In this document: piece by piece, positions 42,374 through 51,789 of the stretch
How the letters are laid out: every line of letters begins with the position of its first letter
Numbering within the stretch: the first letter of the stretch is position 1
NCBI GenBank assembly: GCA_022774645.1
Contig: JALFKQ010000003.1
Span: 1,854 to 65,853 of the forward strand
Direction of reading: 5' to 3'
DNA length: 64,000 nt
Source: Mycoplasmatota bacterium
GTDB taxonomy: Bacteria > Bacillota_I > Bacilli_A > RF39 > UBA660
Made by a program: the position numbers and the translations under genes
Notes under the pieces: generated by a model
Told to the model about the DNA's origin: nothing
The model's database searches: none
What the model saw: only the letters and a program-made list of their open reading frames with translations

Positions 42374-43108
42374 CTAGTATCTCTTATCAAAATAAATCCT
42401 ATTTAAATAAAGTCCAACTGGTTCAGCACATATACCAGCAGATATTCTGTTTTCACTTTTAAATATTTTATCTATATCATCAATAGTTTTTTTGCCATTA
42501 TTAATGTCAAGTAAAAGTCCAACTATGTTTCTAATCATATATCTAAAAAAGCCACTTGATTCAAATCTTAAATAAAGTATTCCTTTTGTGATTTTATAAT
42601 CTAATTTCAAAACTCTTTCATATGATTTTTTATCTTTATCAGATGTAAAACTTTTAAAATTATGTTTACCACTTATTTTACTTATAAATTTATCAAGTAA
42701 TTCCCTTGTAATCTTTTTATTATATTGAAATATATAATCTTTATTAATCGGATCATAATCATTCATATTAATTTTATAAATATATTCTTTTTTTATACAA
42801 GAATATCTTGAATGAAACTCTTCACTTACTATTTTTATATTCTTAATATATATAGATTTGTCTATTAAACTATTTATACTGTGTTTAAGTCTATCAACAT
42901 TTATTTTTTTATCACTATCAAAATGACAATATTGATTAATTGCATGTACACCTTTATCAGTTCTTGAAGTACCTATGATATTAACATTTTCATTAAATAT
43001 CTTAGATACTATTTTTTCAAGTTCACCTTCAATAGTTTTTTCATTCTTTTGAATTTGATATCCATAAAACCTACTACCATCATAAGTAATATTCATTAAA
43101 TATCTCAT
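42374..43108 (-). CDS. truA: tRNA pseudouridine38-40 synthase
   Basis: YDGSRFYGYQ, SRTDKGVHA, FFRYMIR and GLYL motifs. Confidence 0.96.
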   Translation of the reverse strand: MRYLMNITYDGSRFYGYQIQKNEKTIEGELEKIVSKIFNENVNIIGTSRTDKGVHAINQYCHFDSDKKINVDRLKHSINSLIDKSIYIKNIKIVSEEFHSRYSCIKKEYIYKINMNDYDPINKDYIFQYNKKITRELLDKFISKISGKHNFKSFTSDKDKKSYERVLKLDYKITKGILYLRFESSGFFRYMIRNIVGLLLDINNGKKTIDDIDKIFKSENRISAGICAEPVGLYLNRIYFDKRY

Positions 43109-43860
43109 ATTACACCTTTATCCTTTAAATAAGCCAAAACTAATAAAATATGAAATGCTGTAAAAAATATATCGTAAAAACCTACTTTATTAGTTCTAAA
43201 ATTAGTCCTATATCTTCTTAAATTAAATAATTTTAACTCTCTTGAAAAAGCTATTTCTCTATTCTTTCTTCTTGTAAGTCTATGTACATTAAGATATAAA
43301 TTACATACAGCATACATTCTACCAAATATATTAGTATGATAATAATCAATTCCTCTTGATGCTTGTGCTTTTAATGTTTTATGTTCAACAGTTAATAATA
43401 ATGGAACATATCTAAGTATTGAATTAATTTTAAATGCAAGACCTGATATTGGTAAAAGCAATATATTAAAATATGATAAAAACTTTTCTATTCCATAAGC
43501 ACTTTCACTAGGAGAAGTTGTATAACTTATTATATTTAAATATTCTACTACAACAACTATTTTAGAAAGAACTACTAAACAACCACTCATATTCATTCTA
43601 AAACTAGCACAAATAAATGCTACTAAAATATATAAGTATCTTAATGACCAAAAAGTATTCATATAAAACTTCAATGGTACAAAACTAAGTAACATCATTA
43701 TAATAACTAAACCTAACATAAATAAATTTATATATAGCGAATTACAAAATATAACTAAAAATATTATTATAAGAAAATCTATTAATTTAATAACAGGATT
43801 TAGTCTATGTACAGAAGAATCAATTGGATAAAAAGAACCAAAAGAATTTCTAGAATACAT
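43105..43860 (-). CDS. ecfT: ECF transporter transmembrane component EcfT
   Basis: SSVHRLNPVIK and LRYVP...AQASRG motifs; ecfA-A'-T-truA synteny. Confidence 0.9.
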   Translation of the reverse strand: MYSRNSFGSFYPIDSSVHRLNPVIKLIDFLIIIFLVIFCNSLYINLFMLGLVIIMMLLSFVPLKFYMNTFWSLRYLYILVAFICASFRMNMSGCLVVLSKIVVVVEYLNIISYTTSPSESAYGIEKFLSYFNILLLPISGLAFKINSILRYVPLLLTVEHKTLKAQASRGIDYYHTNIFGRMYAVCNLYLNVHRLTRRKNREIAFSRELKLFNLRRYRTNFRTNKVGFYDIFFTAFHILLVLAYLKDKGVI

Positions 43861-44692
43861 CTCTATACACCCCCTTAATTAAATCATGAGTACTTGTATA
43901 GTTATATATTTCATGTCCATTTTTATTACATTCATTTATAAATGCCACTATTGGAGGAACTTCAAGATCTAATTCATTTAAGGTATCAACATTATTAAGA
44001 ATATCCTTTTCACCCTCACAAGCAAGTTTAGTCATATGCATTAAATATACATAATCAGCTATTTGATAACAAAATGCCGTATCTTTTGAAAGTAATATTA
44101 TTGTTTTTTTATATTTTGTTTTAAGAATTCTAAGTAACCTTAAAAGTTCAGTTTTATCGTTACTAGAAAGTCCAGCTGTAAATTCATCAAGTATAAGAAT
44201 ACTAGGATTATAAACAAGGGCACAAGCAAGTGCTACTTTTTTAGCATCACAAAATGATAAATCTTGTGGATTCATATCCAAATAACTATCATCTAAATTA
44301 ACAAGTTTAAGAGCTTCACTTGCTCTCATATCTATCTTTTCTAATTTATATTTAAAATATTTCATTCCAAATTCTATTTCTTTTTTAACAGTGTTATTAA
44401 AAAACATATCATAAGGATTTTTATAAACATAACCTGTATCAAATCTAAGTTTATTTATATTTTTAATTCTTTTACCATTATTAACAAATCTACCTACTTT
44501 AACACTACCTTTTGTTGGAATGATTAAAGCATTAATTAAATCCCCAATTGCTGTTTTACCACTGTTAGATGCACCTAAAAAAGCAAATATACCAGGACCT
44601 TTTATACTAAATGAAACATCATTTAATATTGTTTTTTCAAGTGGAGTAAATTCATTAACAGCAAAACTAACATGATCAAACTTTATTTCCAT
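43850..44692 (-). CDS. ecfA2: ECF transporter ATPase EcfA2 (partly degenerate)
   Basis: TPLEK, GASNSGKT, ILILDE; signature reads LSFCD. Confidence 0.85.
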   Translation of the reverse strand: MEIKFDHVSFAVNEFTPLEKTILNDVSFSIKGPGIFAFLGASNSGKTAIGDLINALIIPTKGSVKVGRFVNNGKRIKNINKLRFDTGYVYKNPYDMFFNNTVKKEIEFGMKYFKYKLEKIDMRASEALKLVNLDDSYLDMNPQDLSFCDAKKVALACALVYNPSILILDEFTAGLSSNDKTELLRLLRILKTKYKKTIILLSKDTAFCYQIADYVYLMHMTKLACEGEKDILNNVDTLNELDLEVPPIVAFINECNKNGHEIYNYTSTHDLIKGVYRDVF

Positions 44693-45447
44693 ATTGCACC
44701 TACCAATTTCTTATTTGTAAGATAATATTTATCAATTAATTTATAATCCATTAAATATTTATTAAGTTCAACAATAAATGGAAGTCCAAGACCAAGTCTT
44801 TTTAATATTTTTTCTTCATTTAATACACTTAATGTTTTACCTTCACATACTAACTTTTTATCATAAATAATAATTATTTTTTCACCAAACATAGTTTCCT
44901 CTATATCATTAGTAAAATTAATAACAATACCACCATTTTTAACATATTCTTTTAATATATCAAAAACTAATATTTTATCTTTATAATCTAATAATGAAAT
45001 AATATTATCAATAACAAGTATTTTAGGTTTAATAATTAATGAAGACATAATTTTCATTTTAATTTTATCACTGCATCCCAAACTATTAGGATCTTTATCA
45101 AGTAAAGAAGTTAATTTAAAAGTTTTAGCCATACTTTCTATATTTTCTTTAATATCATTTTTACCCATAGCAAGACTTTCAAGTCCAAATGCTATTTCAT
45201 CCATAACAGTTTCAGCTACAAAAATATCTAAATCTCTATAAAGAACATAATTCATTCTTCTTCTAACTTTACCAAAATTTATTTTATTAAGTTCTATATC
45301 TCCTAGAAATATATTTGCTTTTTTATTTCCATGTAAAAGAGTATGAACAAGTAAATCATTATTATTTCCTATTATAGAAACAAAATCCCCTTCTTTTAAA
45401 CTAAATTCTATATCTTCATCAAATCTATATTTAAAGTAATCATTCAT
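44683..45447 (-). CDS. ecfA1: ECF transporter ATPase EcfA1 (degenerate)
   Basis: FVAETVMDEIAFGLE and GLGLPF; Walker A is missing. Confidence 0.8.
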   Translation of the reverse strand: MNDYFKYRFDEDIEFSLKEGDFVSIIGNNNDLLVHTLLHGNKKANIFLGDIELNKINFGKVRRRMNYVLYRDLDIFVAETVMDEIAFGLESLAMGKNDIKENIESMAKTFKLTSLLDKDPNSLGCSDKIKMKIMSSLIIKPKILVIDNIISLLDYKDKILVFDILKEYVKNGGIVINFTNDIEETMFGEKIIIIYDKKLVCEGKTLSVLNEEKILKRLGLGLPFIVELNKYLMDYKLIDKYYLTNKKLVGAIWK

Positions 45448-45511
45448 AGTCTAATTCTCCTAAAATGATTATACAATATTTTTAAACAAAAAAAAACTAA
45501 CTTTCGTTAGT

Positions 45512-46249
45512 TTATTGAACATCTACTGTTTGATGAGTAATCATTTTAGCAGATAATCTTCTTCCGTCATTATGAATATTATAAAGACCTAAAACTCTCC
45601 ATTCTACTCCATCATATTTTAACCAGTTATTTGGATCAGATCCAGCAATAATACAAGCTTGAACTGGTGAACTAGTATCAACAGCACCTGTTGCATCTAA
45701 TTTATAAATACCAGTTACTCCATTAGAATCTTTTCCACATTTACATTTATCATTATCTTCTGGTCCCCACTTACCTACAAATAAATTTTTATCAAATCCA
45801 TCACAAACTTGTTCAACAAGTGTAGTACCTTCAACAGTCTTAGAACCATCATCTTTTGGATCAAATTCAGCAACAACACCAACTGTTTTCTTTCTAATAA
45901 CAACTTCTTTATTATTCATAGAACTATTATCTCTTGGATCAATGACACAACCATCAGCAGAAGAATTTTTACAATTACTTTCACCTTTGGCAACATCTTG
46001 TTTTAAATAGTCTTTAACTAATAGTTCAGAAACTTTAATTCTTACTTCATCAGTACCATTAAAAATATCAGGATTATTTGTTGCATATAACTCAGCAGCA
46101 GCTACAATCTTATCAACTTTATCACTGTACATTCTCTTATTAATATTCTTATTTATAGTTATAACACTAGGTACAGCAATAACAGTAATAATAGCTACAA
46201 TAGCTATAACAACTAATAATTCAGATAACGAAAAACCTTTTTTATTCAT
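45512..46249 (-). CDS. Type IV prepilin-like protein
   Basis: KKG/FSLSELLVVIAIV class III signal; AAELY...IKVSELL..DYL pilin head; Cys pairs. Confidence 0.9.
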   Translation of the reverse strand: MNKKGFSLSELLVVIAIVAIITVIAVPSVITINKNINKRMYSDKVDKIVAAAELYATNNPDIFNGTDEVRIKVSELLVKDYLKQDVAKGESNCKNSSADGCVIDPRDNSSMNNKEVVIRKKTVGVVAEFDPKDDGSKTVEGTTLVEQVCDGFDKNLFVGKWGPEDNDKCKCGKDSNGVTGIYKLDATGAVDTSSPVQACIIAGSDPNNWLKYDGVEWRVLGLYNIHNDGRRLSAKMITHQTVDVQ

Positions 46250-46257
46250 ATTCTCAA

Positions 46258-46279
46258 CCTCTATTCTATAAACATTATA
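46258..46279 (-). promoter_or_regulatory. -10 plus AGAATAGAGG element (copy 4)
   Basis: TATAAT-gtttat-AGAATAGAGG-ttgagaat-ATG. Confidence 0.65.
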
Positions 46280-46291
46280 ATAGAAAAAAAG

Positions 46292-46891
46292 TTATTTTTC
46301 AATATCTTTTTGAAAATAACTTTCAATAATTTCGTAAACCCTTTCTTTGCCTATTTTAGTAACACTAGAAAAGTTTATAATCTCATCTCCTAGTGCAGGA
46401 TTTAGTGTTTTTTTAATTAACTCATCTTGTTTTTCCCTAAGTGATCTATTAACTTTATCATACTTAGTTGCAACTATTGTTACAGGTAAATTATAATATT
46501 TTAAGAACTTATACATAAGAACATCATCCTCAGTTGGTTTATGCCTATAATCAACCAAAAGAAATACATGTTTTAAATATTGTCTGGTTTTTAAATATTC
46601 TTCTATCATAATACCAAATTTCTCAATTTGTTTTTTATTAGTAGCAGCATATCCATATCCCGGCACATCAACAATATAAAATTCTTTATTAACTTGATAA
46701 AAATTCAATGTAGTAGTCTTTCCAGGCTTAGAACTAGTTCTAGCAATATTCTTTCTATTAACTATAGTATTTATAAAACTACTCTTACCCACATTACTCC
46801 TTCCTAAACATAAAAACTCATTTTTTTTATCTTCAGGATATTGTGAAACTCTGACAGCAATGACAGGTTCTTCAACATTAATAACTTCCAT
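46292..46891 (-). CDS. engB: Ribosome biogenesis GTPase YsxC/EngB
   Basis: GRSNVGKSS, SSKPGKT, DVPGYG and TKYD motifs. Confidence 0.97.
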   Translation of the reverse strand: MEVINVEEPVIAVRVSQYPEDKKNEFLCLGRSNVGKSSFINTIVNRKNIARTSSKPGKTTTLNFYQVNKEFYIVDVPGYGYAATNKKQIEKFGIMIEEYLKTRQYLKHVFLLVDYRHKPTEDDVLMYKFLKYYNLPVTIVATKYDKVNRSLREKQDELIKKTLNPALGDEIINFSSVTKIGKERVYEIIESYFQKDIEK

Positions 46892-46892
46892 A

Positions 46893-47852
46893 TTATTTCT
46901 CCTTTTCACTATATTCTTTACACAGATTCTTTAAATCACTTAATAAATTTTCAATAACTTCATGTGAATCAGTTCTAACACCACTAGCAAATTTATGACC
47001 ACCGCCATTATATTTACTAGCGATTTCATTTATAACTGGACCCCTACTTCTAATATTAACTCTATACATATTATTTTTAGTATCATGAGATACAAATACC
47101 CATACAAGAACTTCATTAATATTATTAAAATCATTAATCATATTCGAAGCAGAACTAATATCAGCTCCAAAAGAATTAATAACATCTTCATCAATCTCAA
47201 TATATGCAAAACCATTTTTATCTACTTTTAAAGATGATGCTATATAACCCATAAGTCTAATTTCACTTAAAGGCTTACTATATACTTGTCTATATAACTT
47301 TTCAGTGTCTAGTTTATATTTATGAATTAAAGTACTTACAAGTGAAAATGTTTTATCACTTATGCTAAACAAAAATCTATTAGTATCACTGACAATTCCA
47401 GTAAATAGATTGCCAGCAATACTTTCATTCATTTTTAATTTAGTATTATTTATAACTTCAAGAACAAGCTCAGAAGCTGAACTTGCAGTATCATCTATAA
47501 GTTCTACTTTACCAAATGTATCAACCTTAGGATGATGATCAATTTTAACAACATTTTTAAAAGATAAGAAATTATCAATATCAACTCTTCTATTATCAGG
47601 AGTATCAACAACAATCAACAATGCATTATCATAATCATATTCATTAACTTTATCTACTTTACCAAAATATTTAAACTTAGATACAGTAGTTCCAACTGCA
47701 AAAACTTCTTTTGATGGAAAAGTTATTTTAATAGATTCTTTTAATGCCATTTGACTACCAAAAGCATCTGGATCTGGACCTATATGCCTTGCTATGTAGA
47801 TCTTCTTATATTTCTTTACCTCATTATATATTGATTTATAAATATCACTCAT
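46893..47852 (-). CDS. nrnA: DHH/DHHA1 nanoRNase / pAp phosphatase
   Basis: HIGPDPDA, IDHH, SDTNRF and GGGHKFASG motifs. Confidence 0.92.
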   Translation of the reverse strand: MSDIYKSIYNEVKKYKKIYIARHIGPDPDAFGSQMALKESIKITFPSKEVFAVGTTVSKFKYFGKVDKVNEYDYDNALLIVVDTPDNRRVDIDNFLSFKNVVKIDHHPKVDTFGKVELIDDTASSASELVLEVINNTKLKMNESIAGNLFTGIVSDTNRFLFSISDKTFSLVSTLIHKYKLDTEKLYRQVYSKPLSEIRLMGYIASSLKVDKNGFAYIEIDEDVINSFGADISSASNMINDFNNINEVLVWVFVSHDTKNNMYRVNIRSRGPVINEIASKYNGGGHKFASGVRTDSHEVIENLLSDLKNLCKEYSEKEK

Positions 47853-47866
47853 TAAATATCTCTTTT

Positions 47867-49060
47867 CTATTTTACTAAATTATAAGTATCTTTAATAATC
47901 ATAATTTCTTCATTAGTTGGAAGAACATATACTGGAACACTTGATTCATCACTAGAAATAATACCTTCATTTTCATTCTTATATCCAGCTATCTTACTAT
48001 TTTTTTCTTCATCAACTTTAATACCTAATGCATTAAGTCTACCTAAAATTTCTTTTCTAGCCTCGATGCCATTTTCACCAACTCCAGCTGTAAATACAAT
48101 AGCATCAACATTACCATCTAATTTAATATAATATTCAGCAATATATTTAGCAATTCTATCATTATACATATCAAGAGCAAGTGTTGCATTCTTATCTCCA
48201 GCTTCTCTTGCAGCTTCTACATCACGGCTATCAGAATATCCTGAAATACCAAGAAGACCACTCTTCTTATTTAAATCATTAGTAATATCTTCTAAGCTTT
48301 CACCTGATTCTTTACTAACATATTCTAATATAGATGGATCGATTGCACCACTTCTTGTACCCATCATAAGTCCATCAAGTGGAGTAATACCCATACTTGT
48401 ATCATAACATTTACCTTCTTTAATAGCACTAATAGAAGCACCACTACCTATATGACAAATTATTAAATTAACATCATCTTTTCCAAGTTTTTCTTTCATT
48501 TTTAATGTAATATATTTATGACTTGTTCCGTGAAAACCATATTTACGAACACCATATTTAGTATACCAATCCATAGGTACCGGATACATATAGTTTACTC
48601 TTGGCATTGTTTGATGAAATGCAGTATCATAAACAGCAACCATTGGAACTCCAGGTAAAGCTTTTTGCATAGCTTCAATACCAGCTAAATTTCCTGGATG
48701 ATGAAGTGGACCTAGTTTAGTTAAATTCTTAATATCTTGAATTACTTCATCAGTAATAATAACTGAATCACTATACTTTTCACCACCATGTAAAACTCTA
48801 TGTCCTACACCTTTAATCTCATCTAAACTTTCAACTGCTTTATGTTTTAATAATTCTTCAATTAAAACCTCAGCTGCTTCTTTATGATTCTTTAAATATC
48901 TTTCGCCTTTAATTTTTTCTCCATTTACCTTAGTTGTCCAAAAACTATCCTTTAGACCAATCTTTTCAATATAACCACTTATTATTAATTTTTCCTCTGG
49001 CATTTCAACTAATTGAAATTTTAAAGAAGAACTACCAGCATTAACACATAATATTTTCAT
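47867..49060 (-). CDS. ackA: Acetate kinase
   Basis: NAGSSSLK, GHRVLHGG, DTAFHQT, FTAGVGEN and PTNEE motifs. Confidence 0.98.
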   Translation of the reverse strand: MKILCVNAGSSSLKFQLVEMPEEKLIISGYIEKIGLKDSFWTTKVNGEKIKGERYLKNHKEAAEVLIEELLKHKAVESLDEIKGVGHRVLHGGEKYSDSVIITDEVIQDIKNLTKLGPLHHPGNLAGIEAMQKALPGVPMVAVYDTAFHQTMPRVNYMYPVPMDWYTKYGVRKYGFHGTSHKYITLKMKEKLGKDDVNLIICHIGSGASISAIKEGKCYDTSMGITPLDGLMMGTRSGAIDPSILEYVSKESGESLEDITNDLNKKSGLLGISGYSDSRDVEAAREAGDKNATLALDMYNDRIAKYIAEYYIKLDGNVDAIVFTAGVGENGIEARKEILGRLNALGIKVDEEKNSKIAGYKNENEGIISSDESSVPVYVLPTNEEIMIIKDTYNLVK

Positions 49061-49271
49061 AACTACTTTTCCCTTCTTTTCGTTAATATTATAACAAATA
49101 TAATTAAAAAGTTAAAGAAAAACATAATTATAAAGAATTATTTTGTAATTATGTTTTAATAATATTTATTTTAATTTTTCTATCATTCCATTTTTTTCCT
49201 AATATTATTATTAAAAATAAAATGATGAAACAATTTTTTTAGAAAGTTTTCATAAAAAAACAGTCAAATGA

Positions 49272-49427
49272 CTATTTGCATTTTTTAGTACAACACTTAT
49301 CATTATATTTTTCTACTCTATCATATTCAAAATTATCGCATTCTTGATATTCTATATTTCTAGTGTTAATACATTTCATTTTATAAAGTAGACTATTTTT
49401 TTTACTAAATCTATTATTCATAAGCAT
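49272..49427 (-). CDS. Small Cys-rich peptide (51 aa), absent from the ORF track
   Basis: MLMNNRFSKKNSLLYKMKCINTRNIEYQECDNFEYDRVEKYNDKCCTKKCK; GGTGA RBS, sigma-G-like promoter, hairpin and T-tract after the stop. Confidence 0.55.
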   Translation of the reverse strand: MLMNNRFSKKNSLLYKMKCINTRNIEYQECDNFEYDRVEKYNDKCCTKKCK

Positions 49428-49484
49428 ATTATTTCACCATTAAATATTATGTATATAAATAATAAAATTATACTAAAAAAGTGA

Positions 49485-50660
49485 TTATAATAAATCACTT
49501 TTAACTTCATTTAAATCAACTATTTCAATAGTATTAACTGCTTCATCTATTAAACTATTAAAATCTAATTTAGCTTCTTCACCATAAATATGTTTTAAAT
49601 TAGGATTTATAACTGGATGTTTAGGAACAAAAACAGTACAACAATCTTCATAAGGAAGAATTGATATTTCATATGTATCTATCTTCTTAGATATTTCAAT
49701 TATATCTAATTTATCAAAAGAACAAAGAGGCCTTAAAATAGGATAATTTGTAACATCATTAACAGCAACCATGCTTGATAATGTTTGACTTGCAACTTGT
49801 CCTACACTTTCACCATTAACAATAGCTAAACAATGATTTTTTTTAGCAACTCTCTCAGCTATTCTATACATCATTCTTCTCATAATTGTAATTAAATATG
49901 TTGTATCCAAATTCTTATATATTGCTTCTTGAATCTTAGTAAAATTAACTACCATTAATTTACCATTAGTATTATATTTTTCAAGCTTTCTAGCAAGATC
50001 TCTCACTTTATTTCTAGCTTCTATACTAGTATGAGGTCTACTCTCAAAATATAAATAATAAAGTTCAACACCTCTTTTAATAGTCATATATCCAGCAACT
50101 GGAGAATCAATACCACCACTAAGCATTAGAAGTCCTCTTCCTAAAGTACCAACTGGATAACCACCTAAACACTTAATACCCTTTGTATAAATATAAAATC
50201 CTTCTTTTCTAATTTCAATGTTAAGAAGAACATCTGGATTATGAACATCAACATTACACTCAATATTTTTAAGTATATATGAGCCAATAATATTATTCAT
50301 ATCCATAGATTTAATTGGAAAACTCTTATCACTTCTCTTAGTTTCTACTTTAAAAGTACAAAAATCTTCTTCTCTCATCACCATTAAAGACACTTTTTTT
50401 ATTTCTTCTTCACTAACATTTTCATCTTTATAACAAACAGCTATTTCATGAATACCAAATATACAAGTAAGTTTATCAATAATACTATCGATATCATCTT
50501 CTTCTACTTCAATAAACATACGATAATAATCATCAGTTACAAGAATATTATAACCATTTAATTTATCAATAATATTATTTTTTAATGTTTTAATAAAGAA
50601 CTTTCTATTATCTTTTTTAGTAGTAAGTTCACCATATTTTATTAATATAACTTTTTTCAT
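49485..50660 (-). CDS. thiI: tRNA 4-thiouridine synthase ThiI
   Basis: KYGELTTK, THUMP domain, SGGIDSPVA, GQVASQT and EDCC motifs. Confidence 0.97.
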   Translation of the reverse strand: MKKVILIKYGELTTKKDNRKFFIKTLKNNIIDKLNGYNILVTDDYYRMFIEVEEDDIDSIIDKLTCIFGIHEIAVCYKDENVSEEEIKKVSLMVMREEDFCTFKVETKRSDKSFPIKSMDMNNIIGSYILKNIECNVDVHNPDVLLNIEIRKEGFYIYTKGIKCLGGYPVGTLGRGLLMLSGGIDSPVAGYMTIKRGVELYYLYFESRPHTSIEARNKVRDLARKLEKYNTNGKLMVVNFTKIQEAIYKNLDTTYLITIMRRMMYRIAERVAKKNHCLAIVNGESVGQVASQTLSSMVAVNDVTNYPILRPLCSFDKLDIIEISKKIDTYEISILPYEDCCTVFVPKHPVINPNLKHIYGEEAKLDFNSLIDEAVNTIEIVDLNEVKSDLL

Positions 50661-51781
50661 TTTAATAATAACTCATTCCATACCTTATCAAATATTTCTA
50701 AAAATTCATGTATTTCAGTCATAGTAGTTAAGTGACTTAAACTAACTCTAATAGATGTAGTAGATACACTCTTATCCCCATTAGCAATAGCTTTTAATAC
50801 CGTACTTTCTTCTAAACTTGAACAAGCAGTTGTAGTAGATACATATACATCATATCTTTCAAGTGCATGTACAAATGTTTCGGATTTAATTTTAAGTAAA
50901 CTAAAATTAACAATTTGAGGTACACATAAATCATTAGAATTTATTTGTATAGGATATTTAGAAAGTCCTTTCAATAATTCACTTTTTAATTTTTCACACT
51001 TTTTAATATTAGATTCTAATTTATCATTAGCAAGTCTCATACCTTTTGCAAAAGACACAATAAGTGGTAAAGCTGGAGTTCCTCCTCTAAAAGGACAATT
51101 CTCAGTAGTACCATATATTAAAGTATCTATTTGTAAATCTCTTTTCTTATATAAAATTCCAACACCTTTTGGTGAATATATCTTATGACTAGAAAAACTA
51201 GCTAAATCTAAATCACTTAAATAGAATTTAGTTTTACCAAGAGCTTGTGTCAAATCACTATGAAATATAACATTAGGATTCTTTTTGTTAATAACTTGTC
51301 TTATAGTCTTAAGAGGTTGTCTAAAACCAGTTTCAGAATTAACAGCACATATACTAACAAGTATAGTATCATCTCTTATAAGCTCACCTAAATGTTTTAA
51401 ATCAATTTGACCATTAGGAAGAATATTAACGAAATCAACTTCATATCCTATATTACTTAAATAACCCATAACTTCAAGAACACTCTTATGTTCAAGTTTA
51501 GAAGTTATTATATGTCTTCCCCTCTTAACATATCTAAATGCTACACCTTTAATCGCAGTAGTATTGCTCTCACTTGCACCACTTGTAAATATTAATTCTT
51601 TCGGATGACAATTAAGTATTTCAGCTATTTGATTAGTAGCTTGTAAAAGTAATTCCTTAGACTTAACACCAAGAGTATGTATAGAATTAGCATTACCTAT
51701 AAATTCTCTTGTAACCTTACAATAAGAATCAAGAACTCTTTCATCCACTGGTGTAGTCGCACTATAATCTAAATATATCAT
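50657..51781 (-). CDS. Cysteine desulfurase (IscS/NifZ type, partner of ThiI)
   Basis: YLDYSATT, FTSGASE, SSHK (PLP Lys) and ACSS motifs. Confidence 0.93.
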   Translation of the reverse strand: MIYLDYSATTPVDERVLDSYCKVTREFIGNANSIHTLGVKSKELLLQATNQIAEILNCHPKELIFTSGASESNTTAIKGVAFRYVKRGRHIITSKLEHKSVLEVMGYLSNIGYEVDFVNILPNGQIDLKHLGELIRDDTILVSICAVNSETGFRQPLKTIRQVINKKNPNVIFHSDLTQALGKTKFYLSDLDLASFSSHKIYSPKGVGILYKKRDLQIDTLIYGTTENCPFRGGTPALPLIVSFAKGMRLANDKLESNIKKCEKLKSELLKGLSKYPIQINSNDLCVPQIVNFSLLKIKSETFVHALERYDVYVSTTTACSSLEESTVLKAIANGDKSVSTTSIRVSLSHLTTMTEIHEFLEIFDKVWNELLLK

Positions 51782-51789
51782 AATACCTC

